Origin: an uncultured Verrucomicrobiae bacterium
Lineage (GTDB): Bacteria > Verrucomicrobiota > Verrucomicrobiia > Chthoniobacterales > JAFAMB01
DNA length: 64,000 bases
Assembly (NCBI GenBank): GCA_963837955.1
Contig: CAWIPH010000002.1
Location: 3,424,001-3,488,000 of the forward strand
Direction of reading: 5' to 3'
Under the pieces are notes generated by a model, which saw only the letters and a list, made by a program, of their open reading frames with translations, made no database searches and had not been told where the DNA came from. The first letter of the stretch is position 1, and every line of letters begins with the position of its first letter. Positions 1-11,619 of this stretch are shown here, piece by piece. A program made the translations under genes and the position numbers.

Positions 1-1310
1 CCCCAGCTGTTCGGCTCGTATTCAATAACGGGGGTGCTCGAACTCAGTACCGGATCGACGATTCGCCATGCCTCTTCGACATAGTCCTCTCGGGCAAACA
101 GGGTCGGGTCCCCCGCCATAGCGTCTCCTAAGACGCGTTCGTAAGCATCCATCTCGTCCGCGCGAGGCTGCCGGCTTATTATCATCTCGACAGACTGGCT
201 GACTGTATCCTCTCCAGGGGCGATAACGTTCATGCCGAGGGCCAGGGTGACCTCGGGGCTGATCCGAAACCGGAAATAGTTCGGCGTCAGATTGAACTGC
301 TCAAACATTGTCGGGGGCTGACGGAGCCGAACGACGATTTCTGCGCACGTCACGGGAAGACATTTCCCCGCCCGAATGTAGAAAGGAACGCCTTTCCATC
401 GCCAGGAATCAATCTCCAGTTGCAGCGCGGCAAAGGTTTCCACCTGAGAGTCTGGCGCGACGCCTTTTTCGTTGCGGTAGCCACGGAACTGCCCGCGAAC
501 CACGTCCTCGCTTTTCAGGGGCGGAATCGCTTTGAGAACTTTGACCTTTTCATCTCGGATCGACTCGCTGTCGTTTCTAGGAGGAGGCTCCATGGCCAGG
601 TTGGCTAGAATCTGAAATAGATGATTCTGAATCACGTCGCGGATAGTGCCCGTATCGTCGTAGAAAGCGCCTCGGCCCTGGACCCCGAAGTCTTCGGCCA
701 TCGTGATCTGCACGCTTTCGACGTAGTTGCGATTCCAAAACGGTTCCAGGAACGCGTTTGCAAAACGGAAGAAAAGCATGTTATGCACCGGCCGTTTCCC
801 CAGGTAATGGTCGATGCGAAAGATTCTATTCTCGTCGAACGTCCCGAGTAGAATCCGGTTGAGGTGCTGGGCCGAAGCGAGGTCCCGGCCGAAGGGCTTT
901 TCGATGATAACCCGAGCACCATCGGTGCAGCCCGACTTCGCCAACTGTTCGACGACTAGCCCGAATAAGACGGGCGGTATGGCCAGGTAATGCGCCGGTC
1001 TCTGGACCGAGCCAAGCTCTTTACGGATAGCCTGAAACGTTGCTGAATCCTTGTAATCGCCGTCTACGTAGCGCAGCAAGGCAGATAGCTTATCAAATGC
1101 CGCAGCATCGAGACCTCCGTGTTTCTCGACGCTATCCCGCGCTCTAGCCTTGAGCTGGTCGAGGTTCCAATCGGCTTTGGCCACAGCGATGACTGGCACG
1201 TTCAGGTGTCCGCGTTTGACCATCGCCTGCAGGGCAGGAAAAATCTTCTTGTAAGCCAGATCTCCGGTGGCACCGAAAAATACCAGAGCATCCGAATGGA
1301 GAGGAGTCAT
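1..1310 (-). CDS. zwf: Glucose-6-phosphate 1-dehydrogenase (3' end runs off the window; not in ORF track)
   Basis: Manual translation from ATG at 1310: [27 protein letters not shown]...VIIEKPFG...RIDHYLGK...IRDVIQNHL, all G6PD signature motifs. Confidence 0.96.
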   Translation of the reverse strand, partial: MTPLHSDALVFFGATGDLAYKKIFPALQAMVKRGHLNVPVIAVAKADWNLDQLKARARDSVEKHGGLDAAAFDKLSALLRYVDGDYKDSATFQAIRKELGSVQRPAHYLAIPPVLFGLVVEQLAKSGCTDGARVIIEKPFGRDLASAQHLNRILLGTFDENRIFRIDHYLGKRPVHNMLFFRFANAFLEPFWNRNYVESVQITMAEDFGVQGRGAFYDDTGTIRDVIQNHLFQILANLAMEPPPRNDSESIRDEKVKVLKAIPPLKSEDVVRGQFRGYRNEKGVAPDSQVETFAALQLEIDSWRWKGVPFYIRAGKCLPVTCAEIVVRLRQPPTMFEQFNLTPNYFRFRISPEVTLALGMNVIAPGEDTVSQSVEMIISRQPRADEMDAYERVLGDAMAGDPTLFAREDYVEEAWRIVDPVLSSSTPVIEYEPNSW

Positions 1311-1320
1311 GGTTTATTCC

Positions 1321-2337
1321 TTATTTCGCGGACTTTTCTAGGTGTCCGCCGAACTCGAACCGCATGGCTGAAAGGAGTTTGTCCTGGAAGTCGGCATCAC
1401 CGCGCGAGCTGAATCGTTCGTACAGGGCCGTGGTGAGTACTGGTACGGGAACGCCTTCATCGATGGCGGCCTTGATGGTCCATCGCCCCTCGCCCGAATC
1501 TGAGACTCGACCGGAGAAACCGGAGAGCACGGGGTCTTTGGCCAGGGCGATCGCCGTCAGGTCCAGCAACCACGAGGCGATCACACTTCCACGCCGCCAC
1601 ACCTCGGCGATGTTACCAAGATCGAGGTCATATTGGTAATACTCGGGATCGCGTAACGGCGTCGTCTCAGCGTCAATTGCCTGTTGCCGCTTGCCAATGT
1701 TGGCGTCGCGCAAGACGCCTAGCCCCTCGGCATACGCCGCCATGATTCCATATTCGATGCCGTTGTGGACCATTTTGACGAAGTGACCGGCGCCGTTGGA
1801 ACCGCAGTGCAGGTAACCCGACTCGGATGTGGTACCCAGTTTTTCCCGTCCTGGGGTGCGCGAAATGTCGCCGAGACCCGGCGCCAGCGTTGCGAAGATC
1901 GGATCAAGATGTTTCACCACCGCGGGTTCGCCGCCGATCATCATGCAATAGCCGCGCTCTAAACCCCAGACACCTCCGCTCGTTCCAACATCCACGTAAT
2001 GGATTTTCCTCGTCGCGAGTTCCTTGGCTCGCCGGATGTCGTCTACGTAATAGGAATTGCCACCATCGATAAGAATGTCGCCTGGCTCGAGCAACGGCAC
2101 GAGGTCAGCGATGGTTTTGTCCACGATTGCGGCCGGCACCATTAACCAGAGCGCGCGCGGCTTCGTGAGTTTCTTAACGAGATCGGCCAACGAGGAGGTG
2201 CCAACCGCTTTGTCCTGGACTAACTCCTCTACCGCCTTCGGTGATACGTCGAAGACTACACCGTCATGCCCCGCCTTTATAAGGCGTCGCACCATATTTG
2301 CGCCCATTCTTCCGAGCCCGATCATTCCGAGTTGCAT
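1321..2337 (-). CDS. gnd: 6-phosphogluconate dehydrogenase, decarboxylating (short type)
   Basis: GLGRMG Rossmann motif, [43 protein letters not shown]. Confidence 0.96.
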   Translation of the reverse strand: MQLGMIGLGRMGANMVRRLIKAGHDGVVFDVSPKAVEELVQDKAVGTSSLADLVKKLTKPRALWLMVPAAIVDKTIADLVPLLEPGDILIDGGNSYYVDDIRRAKELATRKIHYVDVGTSGGVWGLERGYCMMIGGEPAVVKHLDPIFATLAPGLGDISRTPGREKLGTTSESGYLHCGSNGAGHFVKMVHNGIEYGIMAAYAEGLGVLRDANIGKRQQAIDAETTPLRDPEYYQYDLDLGNIAEVWRRGSVIASWLLDLTAIALAKDPVLSGFSGRVSDSGEGRWTIKAAIDEGVPVPVLTTALYERFSSRGDADFQDKLLSAMRFEFGGHLEKSAK

Positions 2338-2475
2338 TACAGGGTTCCTTTCTTCAGAGCTGATTGCTCTTTTTAGATGAATTTCATTACGTGGTTGTTT
2401 ACCGGCCCGCGGCAGGACCGGGCCAGATCACTTCGTCTTTTCCTATTCCCTAGCCTCTTTGCCTTATGTCTCCCC

Positions 2476-3393
2476 TCAGGAAGCGCGCGCCTTTTCAAAG
2501 ATGTCGACGAACGTTCGGTAGCGACGGGCTATCTCGGTCACGGCTTGCTCTCGCGTAATCTTTTTGTCCCGCCACCCAACGAGTGGCTCCCAGAAGACCG
2601 TCCGACCGACAGCGAAGCCGATGAACCCCGGGACTGTAGCCGCGGTCGTCAGCCATTCGTTCACCTTCTTGTCGTCCTCGCCCCGGCCGAGGATTATGCA
2701 GCCGACTTTGTCTCGATTGTTCCGGTGCGCAGCAGCTACAATCTTCTCGCAATCCTCGCGGCGGTCGAGCCCCTCGATCTTCCAGACGTCAGCCTCAACT
2801 CCTGCATCTTGGAGCTGCTCGATAGCCCGCGCCATCAATCCAGGCCGAAGCTCAAGGTCATAGGCCTTTTTGTCGCCGTTGACTCGGTCGAGTTGCGCTT
2901 TCTCCGGCGGCACAAGCAGCTCGAACATGAATAGACGGTGACTCTCCGAATGCAGGTAATCAGATAGGCGTTTGAGGCGGGCAGACTGTTGCTTGTTCAA
3001 GGTCTCGTCACCCTCAGGGTTATAGCGCACCAGCACCTTGCAGAAGGTTGGGTCGAAAGCCTCGATGTGCTTGGCGAAAGCCTCGCCATATTCGAAATCA
3101 AACTCGTCCTGCCCGCTCTTCTCGGCTGGACATGCGGTTATATAACCGTCCGCCTTCGCATCGCGGAGGATAGCTGCACCGAATTGCTCATCCACCAAAA
3201 TGCCAGCCTTCTCCTTGGGCACGCCAGCGGCGACGGCTACCTTGAATCCGTCATAGATTACCTGTTTAGCGGCAGCAATCTGTGCTGTTTGCTCTTCAGT
3301 CAGTGTTCCCTTCCAGCCAAACATTTTTGTCTGGAACGAGCCGCGGTGATCGAATGGTTGGATGTACAGAGGTTTATTATAACCAATATTCAT
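2476..3393 (-). CDS. DUF2090 / IolC C-terminal-like class I aldolase-type protein
   Basis: [37 protein letters not shown] and GFAVGRT motifs. Confidence 0.8.
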   Translation of the reverse strand: MNIGYNKPLYIQPFDHRGSFQTKMFGWKGTLTEEQTAQIAAAKQVIYDGFKVAVAAGVPKEKAGILVDEQFGAAILRDAKADGYITACPAEKSGQDEFDFEYGEAFAKHIEAFDPTFCKVLVRYNPEGDETLNKQQSARLKRLSDYLHSESHRLFMFELLVPPEKAQLDRVNGDKKAYDLELRPGLMARAIEQLQDAGVEADVWKIEGLDRREDCEKIVAAAHRNNRDKVGCIILGRGEDDKKVNEWLTTAATVPGFIGFAVGRTVFWEPLVGWRDKKITREQAVTEIARRYRTFVDIFEKARAS

Positions 3394-5042
3394 AACGTTC
3401 TGTTCCTGAGTTGACGGTAGCGGCGGATCAGGCAGTTGGTGGAGCTGTCATGTCCGAGCTCGGGTTCTGTTTTGGATTCGAGTTCCGGGATAATGCGCTG
3501 GGCCAGTACCTTGCCCAATTCGACACCCCACTGGTCGAACGAGTCGATGTTCCAGATCGTGCCCTGGGTAAAGACACTGTGCTCATAGAGTGCAACGAGC
3601 TTGCCGAGGCTCTGCGGCGTGAGCCGATCAGCGAGGATCGTGTTGGACGGACGATTGCCCTCGAAGACCCGGTGGGGCACGAGCCAATCTGGTGTGCCCT
3701 CGGCTTTTACTTGCTCGGGCGTCTTGCCGAACGCCAGCGCTTCGGTCTGGGCAAAGACGTTCGCCAGGAGCATATCGTGGTGCCGGCCCAGAGGATTGAG
3801 TGCCTCAACGAACGCGATGAAGTCGCACGGGATAAGCCGGGTCCCCTGGTGAATCAATTGATAAAACGAGTGCTGGCCGTTGGTTCCCGGTTCGCCCCAA
3901 TAGATCGGCCCGGTCGGGTAATCTACCTCGATCCCATCGAGCGTAACGTGTTTACCGTTACTCTCCATCGTCAACTGCTGCAGATAGGCGGGGAATCGCT
4001 TGAGGTACTGCTCATACGGTAGAACCGCCACAGTTTCGGCGCCGAAGAAATCGTTGTACCACACCGCCAGCAGGCCCATGAGCACAGGCAGGTTGCGCTC
4101 GAAAGGCGCGGTGCGGAAGTGCTCATCCATTTCGTGAAAACCGTCGAGCATTGCTCGGAAGTTGTCCGATCCAATGGCTAACATCGTCGAGAGCCCGATC
4201 GCGGAATCCATGGAATAACGTCCACCAACCCAATCCCAGAATTCGAACATGTTGGCCGTGTCGATACCGAACTCGGATACCTTCGCGGCATTGGTGGAGA
4301 CAGCGACGAAATGCTTGGCCACGGCGTTGACATCGCCGCCGAGCCCTTTGAGCGACCAGTCACGCGCCGAGTGGGCGTTGGTCATTGTCTCTAAGGTCGT
4401 GAAAGTTTTTGAGGAGACGATGAAAAGGGTCTCGGATGGATCTAGATCACGGACGGCTTCCGCGAAGTCGGTTCCGTCGATGTTGGATACGAATCGGAAT
4501 GTCATCGCACGGTCGCTGTAATACTTGAGTGCTTCATACGCCATCACTGGCCCGAGGTCAGAGCCCCCGATGCCGATGTTGATAACGTTGCGAATGCGCT
4601 TGCCTGTGTGGCCCTTCCACACGCCGCTCCGAACCCGATTGGAAAAATCAGTCATTTTGTCCAGCACCGCATGGACTTGGGGGACCACATTCTCGCCGTC
4701 TACGACAATGGACGTCCCTCTCGGTGCCCGGAGAGCGACATGCAAGACGGCTCGGTTTTCGGTGATATTGATCTTCTCGCCTCGAAACATGGCATCGATC
4801 CGCTCGCGCAGATCGCATTCTTGCGCCAATTGCAGGAGGAGCTTGAGGGTTTCGTCGGTAACGCGATTCTTCGAGTAATCAAAGTAGAGGCCCACTGCCT
4901 CGAGAGTCATACGTTCACCGCGTTTGGGATCATCGGCGAAGAGTTTTCGGAGATGCAATTCCCGCGCCTTGTGATAGTGGGATTCGAGCTCTTTCCACGA
5001 TGGGCGTGCGGTGACTGATTGGATACCGGTGGTCATATTCAT
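3390..5042 (-). CDS. pgi: Glucose-6-phosphate isomerase
   Basis: [36 protein letters not shown]. It has its own AAAGGA RBS and an ATG at 5042 overlapping the tal stop (ATGA). Confidence 0.95.
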   Translation of the reverse strand: MNMTTGIQSVTARPSWKELESHYHKARELHLRKLFADDPKRGERMTLEAVGLYFDYSKNRVTDETLKLLLQLAQECDLRERIDAMFRGEKINITENRAVLHVALRAPRGTSIVVDGENVVPQVHAVLDKMTDFSNRVRSGVWKGHTGKRIRNVINIGIGGSDLGPVMAYEALKYYSDRAMTFRFVSNIDGTDFAEAVRDLDPSETLFIVSSKTFTTLETMTNAHSARDWSLKGLGGDVNAVAKHFVAVSTNAAKVSEFGIDTANMFEFWDWVGGRYSMDSAIGLSTMLAIGSDNFRAMLDGFHEMDEHFRTAPFERNLPVLMGLLAVWYNDFFGAETVAVLPYEQYLKRFPAYLQQLTMESNGKHVTLDGIEVDYPTGPIYWGEPGTNGQHSFYQLIHQGTRLIPCDFIAFVEALNPLGRHHDMLLANVFAQTEALAFGKTPEQVKAEGTPDWLVPHRVFEGNRPSNTILADRLTPQSLGKLVALYEHSVFTQGTIWNIDSFDQWGVELGKVLAQRIIPELESKTEPELGHDSSTNCLIRRYRQLRNRTL

Positions 5043-6131
5043 ATTCCTTTCGCTTCCTGAAGAGCGGCGCTCTTCGAGTCGATCACTGACATGAGTTCGT
5101 TCCAGGATTTTACAAATGAATCGGCCCCTTCGTCCTGGAGCCTTGCGGCCAGCGCGTTGATGTCGACACCGGCACTGGCGAACTGGGCCAATACTGCTTC
5201 GCAATCGCCGCCATCGGCGGGCACAATTGGGCCGACCTCGCCGTGGTCGACAAAGAGTTTCAAGGTGCGCCTCCGGCATTGTGTTAACCGTGAGCGGTGC
5301 GGCCAGCGTCTTGATGTAAAGGACGTCAGAGGCTTTGGGATCTTTGGTTCCGGTGCTGGCAAACAATAGTCGCTGTGGGCGGCCGCCGGCATTGAACACA
5401 CGTTTCCAACGCGGCGAAGCGATCAGGTCGCAGTACGCTTTGTAAATGCGTTTGCCTATGGCGATGCCGAGCTGGTCGTTGAGCGTGTCGGGCGTCTTGC
5501 CCATGATCGCAGAGTCCCAGCGGCTAATGAATACCGAGGCGACCGAACCAATATCTGGCTTCAGCCCTGCTGCGATACGCCGTTCGATGCCGCGCAGGTA
5601 CGCTTCGGCTTGCGCCAAATAGTGCTCACGGGAGAACAACAGGGTCACATTGACCGGCACCCCAGCAAAAATCGCCTCTTCGATGGCGGGCAGACCTTCT
5701 TTGGTGCCAGGAATCTTGATAAAGAGATTGGGGCGCCCCGCCCGGGCGTGCAGATCGTTGGCTTCGGCCAGGGTGGTTTTAGTGTCATGAGCCAACAAGG
5801 GAGAGACTTCCAGCGAAACCCATCCGTCGACACCGCAAGTCCGATCGTAAATTGGTCGGAACAGGTCAGCGGCCTTGGTGAGATCCTCGAGAGCTAGCTC
5901 AAAGAACAGTTCCTCACCTGATTTGCCTTCCTTGAGTTTCTGACGGATGGCCACGTCATAGTCGGTGCTATTCTTGATGGCATGATCGAAGATCGTTGGG
6001 TTGGATGTCAGCCCGGTGACAGAGAACTCGTCGATGTAGCGGCGGAGCGTACCGCTGTTCAGCAGATCCCGCGTGATATTGTCTAGCCAGAGACTTTGGC
6101 CCAGATCGTGGAGCTTTTGAGTCGCCTTCAT
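5039..6131 (-). CDS. tal: Transaldolase with a +1 frameshift near 5270 (probably a sequencing error)
   Basis: [47 protein letters not shown]. The normal C-terminus (TLKLFVDHG...[13 protein letters not shown]) continues in the frame of ORF 5039..5401. Confidence 0.92.
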
Positions 6132-6314
6132 AGTGTTATTTCTCGGCAATCGCTGACCGCTCGATCGGGAACTTTTGAGCCCGATATGTATTACAAGGGG
6201 GTTTCATACGAATTGGCACCGAGTCTAAATTCAGAGCTTCTGGCTGGCTATGACTCCAAAGAAGGTTTTGCTATCTACCCATTTGGTTAGTCAAGATTCC
6301 ATTACTCCGGCCCG

Positions 6315-6338
6315 CATGGAAACGCACGCGTTTCCATG
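6315..6338. promoter_or_regulatory. Perfect 11-bp inverted repeat between rpiB and tal (operator or hairpin)
   Basis: CATGGAAACGC-AC-GCGTTTCCATG. Confidence 0.4.
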
Positions 6339-6479
6339 AAATCTTGGAGTTTAGGCGAAATTCATTTCTTTGAGGGTATCGTGGCGCTCTTTCGCGAACG
6401 ACCTGTTATTATGGGTCGTAGGCTGACGATTGGGCGCCAGTAGCCGGGATCATAATCGTTGGCGGAATTACGCTGTTCA

Positions 6480-6932
6480 TTACTCCTTTCCTGCTTCGAG
6501 CGAAGCCACTTTAGCCAGGCGCCGCAGGTGCCGATCGGCTTGGCTGAACTCAGCGGCTAAGAACGTCTGGACCAGATCCCAGGCCACCGCCGGCCCCACC
6601 GTTCGTCCGCCCATGCAAAGGATGTTCATGTGATCGTCCTCGACTCCTTGCTTAGCCGAGAAATGGTCATGGATCAGGCAGGCGTGGACACCTTCAATCT
6701 TGTTGGCGCACACCGACGCACCCACCCCGCTGCCGCAGATCGCCAGGCCACGATCCACTTTACGCGTTGCCACCGCTCGCGCGAGTGGAACGACGAAGTC
6801 GGGATAGTCGTCGTCGGGGGTTAACGTGTGAGCGCCGAAATCAACGACCTCGTGACCAACCGCCCGGAGTTGAGTAACCAACTCCTCCTTCAAACCAAAT
6901 CCACCGTGGTCGGTGGCAATTCCAATGCGCAT
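6480..6932 (-). CDS. rpiB: Ribose-5-phosphate isomerase B (RpiB/LacA/LacB family)
   Basis: IATDHGG, DDYPDF, ICGSGVG, ANK, NILCMGGR, RHLRRLAK. Confidence 0.93.
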   Translation of the reverse strand: MRIGIATDHGGFGLKEELVTQLRAVGHEVVDFGAHTLTPDDDYPDFVVPLARAVATRKVDRGLAICGSGVGASVCANKIEGVHACLIHDHFSAKQGVEDDHMNILCMGGRTVGPAVAWDLVQTFLAAEFSQADRHLRRLAKVASLEAGKE

Positions 6933-7077
6933 GGCATGTCCGATTTGTTGAGGTTAGTTCACTGCCTGCGTTGTAGCGGTTAATAGCTGCAGTCGCCCGT
7001 CACTAAAGATTGCAGACCGAAGGCCAAAGTAAACAGCTAACCCCTCTCGCATCCTGCAACGGGCAGCGAGGGTTTTT

Positions 7078-7434
7078 CGTCCTCGTACTCGTCGTCCCTC
7101 GTCCTCGAAAAACGGTGCCGTTAGCCTAACGGGCCGTGCAAATAGGTCTTTTTGCTGATCAACGCCTTCGATCGAGGCCACTTCGCGGGAAATCACCCAC
7201 GAAGCGAGGCCGAGAACGACGACGAGGACGAGTTTGGATCGGGGCTATGCGTCACGGTGTTCTTCTTTGAAAATAGTTCTTCTTCGCTGTCAGCAGTGCA
7301 AAGAGCACGGACACAATCGAAGGCGGAGGGGAACGCCCGGGATCCTTTTCTTCATCGTCCTCGTACTCGTCCTCGAAATCGGTGGGGTTGGCCTAACGAT
7401 CCGCGCAAATAGGTCTTTTTGCTGATCAACGCCT
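7078..7434. repeat. Two copies of an intergenic REP/MITE-like element
   Basis: 7078-7167 and 7356-7434 share CGTCCTCGTACTCGTC(...)CCTCGAAA and an identical GCAAATAGGTCTTTTTGCTGATCAACGCCT. An inverted copy of the left end (CGAGAACGACGACGAGGACGAG) lies at about 7211-7232. Confidence 0.7.
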
Positions 7435-7507
7435 CGGTTTTGACCGATCCTGGATCGACTACGGTCGGACTCGCCTTCATGAGAACTTCATTCAAGTATC
7501 TCTGTCT

Positions 7508-8995
7508 CTATTTAAGCGAGTCCTTTACATTTAGGCGAAAGAAATTCTTGATGCGCCACAAGAGATCGTGCTGTCCGATCACGGCTGGCTGAATCGCGGA
7601 TTGGTCGAACATGGTGACAAACTGTTGCAGCTTGGCGACGTAATGGCTGAGCGATTCTACCAACTCCGGGCGCGCTTCGAGGATCGGCTTAAGGTCTTCG
7701 GACTTTGATTCGAGCAAGAGGCCTGAGGTCAGAGCCGCGAATGAGCCAACCGAATGCATGCCGGTCAGAAGAGATACCTCGCCGTAGGTGTCCCCAGGTC
7801 CCAACCTCCGCACCTTCAGTATGCGCCCGTCCTGGACCTGGCGGCTAACTTGAATAACGCCTGAATCAATAAAGTAGACCGACTCAGTCTTTTCATCTTG
7901 CGCCAAAAGTTGTTCTCCGGCCTGGAAGTGGCGCCTAATGATTTTTGAGTTCAGACCGGCTTTTTCCGATGGAGTCAGTGGCTCGAGCATAGGCAGGTGA
8001 TCGAGCACCTCGTTCTCCGGGAACAGAAAAATGGGAGATGAACTGAGCGCATCGCGGACTGTCATCGACCCGGAATTCTCTCGCGGGGTGGCTGCTGGGC
8101 GCGCCCGTTTGTAAAGCTGGGCAACCAGCTGCGATCGCGCGTCTCCCGCTGAAGTAAAGAGCGAAGTACTATAACAGATCTCGTAAGAGATCCGGCCGCC
8201 CTTAAGATCCGTTGCGGAAACCATGCACGGTGGGTGCTCCAGTACAGCCGGACACGTCATAGCTGCCTGTTTAAGAATTTCCATCGTGAATTCCGGCTCG
8301 TTCCGGGCATCTACCGCCACAGTTAAGGTTCCACTATAGCGCTTGCTCCCGGCGCTATGGTTTTGAATCCGCATTTTGGCGATTGCGCTATTCGGAATGA
8401 CGACCACATCGTTTGCGGCGTTCCTAAGGTGGGTGGAACGCCAATTCACCTGCATCACCTCACCTTCGACTCCGCCCTCTAAAAGGATTTCGTCCCCGAG
8501 GCGGTATGGCCTTTCGATGGTCAGCGATATTCCAGAAAAAACGTCCCCCAAACTACTTTGCAGAGCCAAGCCGAGTACGATCGCGATAACACCGGAAGTC
8601 GCGAGCAGCCCCTGCAGCGGCCACCGAAACACAAACCCCATCATGGCCAGTGCACCGCAGACATAGATGGTCCCCGCGATGACATCGAAAAGGAGTTTGT
8701 TTTGTATTACCGCTCTGCGCAGCGTCGTCAGCAAGGCAAGGAAAGAGATAAGCTCGCGCGCGGCCATGGCCCACCAACAGCAAGCTAAAATCTGGAGCCA
8801 GAACTCTCGTGGCACGTCTTCCGGTCGATAGACAGGGTTAAGCGGCGAACCGATAAGCGCCACGATAAGTGCGGTGGCCGTCGCGAAAAAAACTGACATG
8901 CACACAAACCGGGCGACTTGCCTGCGCTGCGGAATCAATTTCAAGGTAATAGCATCCGCAACAAGCGCGCAGCCAAGAATTATAGAGAGGTCCAT
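7508..8995 (-). CDS. MscS mechanosensitive channel with a C-terminal cyclic nucleotide-binding domain
   Basis: LLATSGVIAIVLGLALQSSLGDVFSG, NWRSTHL, IPNS. C-terminal LGPGDTYGEVSLLTG cNMP-like motif. Confidence 0.9.
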   Translation of the reverse strand: MDLSIILGCALVADAITLKLIPQRRQVARFVCMSVFFATATALIVALIGSPLNPVYRPEDVPREFWLQILACCWWAMAARELISFLALLTTLRRAVIQNKLLFDVIAGTIYVCGALAMMGFVFRWPLQGLLATSGVIAIVLGLALQSSLGDVFSGISLTIERPYRLGDEILLEGGVEGEVMQVNWRSTHLRNAANDVVVIPNSAIAKMRIQNHSAGSKRYSGTLTVAVDARNEPEFTMEILKQAAMTCPAVLEHPPCMVSATDLKGGRISYEICYSTSLFTSAGDARSQLVAQLYKRARPAATPRENSGSMTVRDALSSSPIFLFPENEVLDHLPMLEPLTPSEKAGLNSKIIRRHFQAGEQLLAQDEKTESVYFIDSGVIQVSRQVQDGRILKVRRLGPGDTYGEVSLLTGMHSVGSFAALTSGLLLESKSEDLKPILEARPELVESLSHYVAKLQQFVTMFDQSAIQPAVIGQHDLLWRIKNFFRLNVKDSLK

Positions 8996-9115
8996 GCGTT
9001 AGATGATAGAGACAGACTTGGTTTGACTTTCAATCCTCCGAAAGAATGATTAACCAATACGGCAAAAGAATGGGTAGGCTATTATGTATTCTTGAAGTTC
9101 GATTGACACGGTGGA

Positions 9116-9977
9116 TTGGAGGAACAGAATCGAGTCGTGAATTTCCCCCGACGATCTTTTGTCACCTCCGATGGCGTGCAGTTAAGCTATATTCGGCAGG
9201 GAAGTGGTCTCCCGGTCGTTCTCATCCACGGCTGGTCCCAGTGCGCCGAGGAATTCAAACATCAGATCGAGGCGCTCAGCGCGCGATATGATGTAATAGC
9301 TGTCGATCAACGCTCTCATGGCGAATCACAGAAAGTGTCTTACGGGTTAAAGATTTCGCGGTTATCCAAGGACCTGTGCGAACTATTGAATGAGCTGGAC
9401 CTCAATGATGTCGCGCTATTGGGTCACTCGATGGGAGCATCAGTAATCTGGTGCTATCTGGACCTGTTCGGTCCTGAACGCTTGTCGAAGATTATTTTAG
9501 TCGATCAGTCGCCGTTCATCACTTCGGACCCGCATTGGACGCAACAAGAATTAGAAGAATCCGGCGCTATTTGTACCGCTCAGCAAGTGTTGGATACTGT
9601 TGCCACCTTACGAAGCAAGGAAGCAGAACAGGTCACCCGACAGATCATCGATAGGATGGTGACGAAGCAAGCAACGTCAGAGATGAGAGAGTGGATCGTC
9701 CAAATGTAATTTGAAGATGCCCCGGAATTTTGCCGGGACTCTAATTTACAATCACCGGCATACGGACTGGCGAGACCTCATCCCGCGGATCAACCTTCCT
9801 ACCCTGATAATCAGTGGTCGAGCAAGCGTGATACCGTGGAAATCACAAGAATGGATTCACAGGCAAATTAAAGGCTCACGGTTCGAAGTATTCGAAGAAG
9901 CTGAGGGCGGCCGGCATTTTATGTTCATCGAAAACCCCGAAAAGTTTAATCGGCTGATCATGGAATATTTAAGCTAG
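9116..9977 (+). CDS. Alpha/beta hydrolase (non-heme chloroperoxidase-like), split by a +1 frameshift at about 9702
   Basis: LIHGWSQ, DQRSHGES, GHSMG nucleophile, C-terminal GGRHFMFIENPEKFN. Removing one A from CAAATGT joins ORFs 9116..9709 and 9711..9977. Confidence 0.85.
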
Positions 9978-10314
9978 GTAACACCATTCATCGATGTTGG
10001 GGGATGACCCCGAATTCATTGGTTCTGGGCGGTCGACGAGTGAAAGTGCGTAGGCCACGAGCGCGCCGCACGTTGGGTGGCGACGTGCCACCTCGTTTAA
10101 GAACTCGCCAATCCTAACGGTTGGGGTCTCCGGAACGATCTACATCACGCCGATTTCGCTCAGGCGTGCTCGGTGCGCACACGCAATGTCTTCGCATCAA
10201 ATCGCCACTAACGCAATTCCATCGAAAAGCACCGGCGTCTGCGCCGCGACTGCCCGATTGAGAGCATATTGATTGCGTTTATGGCTACTACAAATTTTAA
10301 TCCTGCCGAGGTTA

Positions 10315-10794
10315 TTACTCGCTACTTGTCGCTCTTTGTTCTCGGACGATATCTTCGAGCGTGACAATGCCGATCATTCGCTTTTCACGAGTCAGCACGG
10401 GCAGTTGGCTAAGGTTTCTTGCACGCATCAAATTTTCAGCTTCAGCGATGGTTTGGTCTTCAAAGCAATAGACCGTTTCCTGATTCAGTTCCGTTTGCGC
10501 GAGTTCGATCTTCGGGTCGTGGCCGAGACCACTGACTTTGCGGTTAAGCTCACTCTCCGACACCGTTCCGAGTATATGGCCGTTCTTATCGGTCACGGGA
10601 GACGAAGTTATCCCCTCAGATCGCAGCTCTTCGCAAGCTTCCTGGACCGAAGCCTCGGGCCCCAAACTCTTTGCCTCGCGACGCACAATTTCTTTGAGCT
10701 TTCTTGGCGCAAGTTCTTCGATTTGGTCGATGGCGGATTTAGTTTTCATAATGGTGTGGTTTTGCCAAACCTCTTTCTGCAGCCAAGCTTCCAC
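10315..10794 (-). CDS. CBS-domain pair protein
   Basis: PVTDKNGHILGTVSESEL and YCFEDQTIAEAENLM...LPVL...IGIVTLEDI. Confidence 0.9.
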   Translation of the reverse strand: MEAWLQKEVWQNHTIMKTKSAIDQIEELAPRKLKEIVRREAKSLGPEASVQEACEELRSEGITSSPVTDKNGHILGTVSESELNRKVSGLGHDPKIELAQTELNQETVYCFEDQTIAEAENLMRARNLSQLPVLTREKRMIGIVTLEDIVREQRATSSE

Positions 10795-10797
10795 ATC

Positions 10798-11031
10798 CTA
10801 GTCGGTTCCTCCGAAGCGGAAACGCTTGCCCTGAACCCAGGATCTTTTGGGGTAATCAAGCGTAAGCCAGGTTTTAGTGAGAGAAACACCAAAGGAGCCG
10901 CAGTAGGGATTTTTCTTGAACCTCACCCTTTCGAACGGCCCCGGAAACTCGGAAGGCACCCATTCGATAATGAGGCGATATTGTTCGCCGTATTTCTCGG
11001 TCGATAGGACCTTTGCGTGAATCGATGTCAC
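10798..11031 (-). CDS. Small hypothetical protein
   Basis: Compact ORF tightly coupled to the CBS gene (3-nt gap) and overlapping the upstream ORF by 4 nt. Confidence 0.5.
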   Translation of the reverse strand: MTSIHAKVLSTEKYGEQYRLIIEWVPSEFPGPFERVRFKKNPYCGSFGVSLTKTWLTLDYPKRSWVQGKRFRFGGTD

Positions 11032-11231
11032 ACGGCTAGCCGGTCCAGTCTTCCCGAGACAGTTCCGGAGTAGAGTCTTTTCCGCCTGATTCGATCGATT
11101 GCGTCGGCGATTTCCTTAGCTTCCCAGGTAGGATGAACGTCGGATGTTCCGGAGGCGCTAACGAAAGCTGGCTCATTTTCATCAATTGGTTCGTTCATTG
11201 GCATTTCATCATTTAAAAAGTATGTGACCAT
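11028..11231 (-). CDS. Small hypothetical protein
   Basis: GTGA overlap with the next ORF; lies downstream of regulatory element A. Confidence 0.4.
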   Translation of the reverse strand: MVTYFLNDEMPMNEPIDENEPAFVSASGTSDVHPTWEAKEIADAIDRIRRKRLYSGTVSGRLDRLAV

Positions 11232-11511
11232 GAGCCGGCTGATTTAGTCCGTTATCGAGGATAGAAAAGTACTCATGTTGGTGGTCTTTTTTTAGAACTA
11301 CGACTCGACTGCTTCGCGTTGGGGACGTGGTGCAGTGGTATAAAACACGGAGCGGCGCATTTCCTATCCACCTGTCAGCGGAATAAGCGGTCAAAAGCTT
11401 CATGGACATTCGCTTTCGTGCGATTGTCTTGTCTCTAGTCATTGAGCGTTTCTTTCATCCCGGTTTAGTTCAGATTCGCCATAGTCGGAGACTCCACCAT
11501 CTGGCATTATC

Positions 11512-11583
11512 ATTCTCGCCCGGATCGTTGAGCCTCTCCCATACCTTTCTCGAAGTATTACTGTTGCTTCCGCGTATGACGAC
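11512..11583 (-). promoter_or_regulatory. Repeated LysR-type operator/promoter element, copy A
   Basis: Minus strand: gtcgtcATACgcggaagCAACagtaataCTTCgagaaagGTATGGGAGAGGCTcaacGATCCGGGCGAGAAT; points toward the small ORFs and CBS gene. Confidence 0.75.
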
Positions 11584-11619
11584 TGACAGGAAAGTGGGTA
11601 GGGAACGCTGTTGCGGATA

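Noticed and set aside
3390..6149. Genuine bifunctional transaldolase/phosphoglucose isomerase of 919 aa
   Set aside because: The junction is out-of-frame nonsense; tal and pgi have their own stop, start and RBS.
9054..9100. Possible eleventh copy of the element upstream of the hydrolase (ATAC-N7-GAAT…GTATT)
   Set aside because: The spacer is 14 rather than 18 nt and the GGAGAAGCT block is missing; at most a generic LysR-like box.
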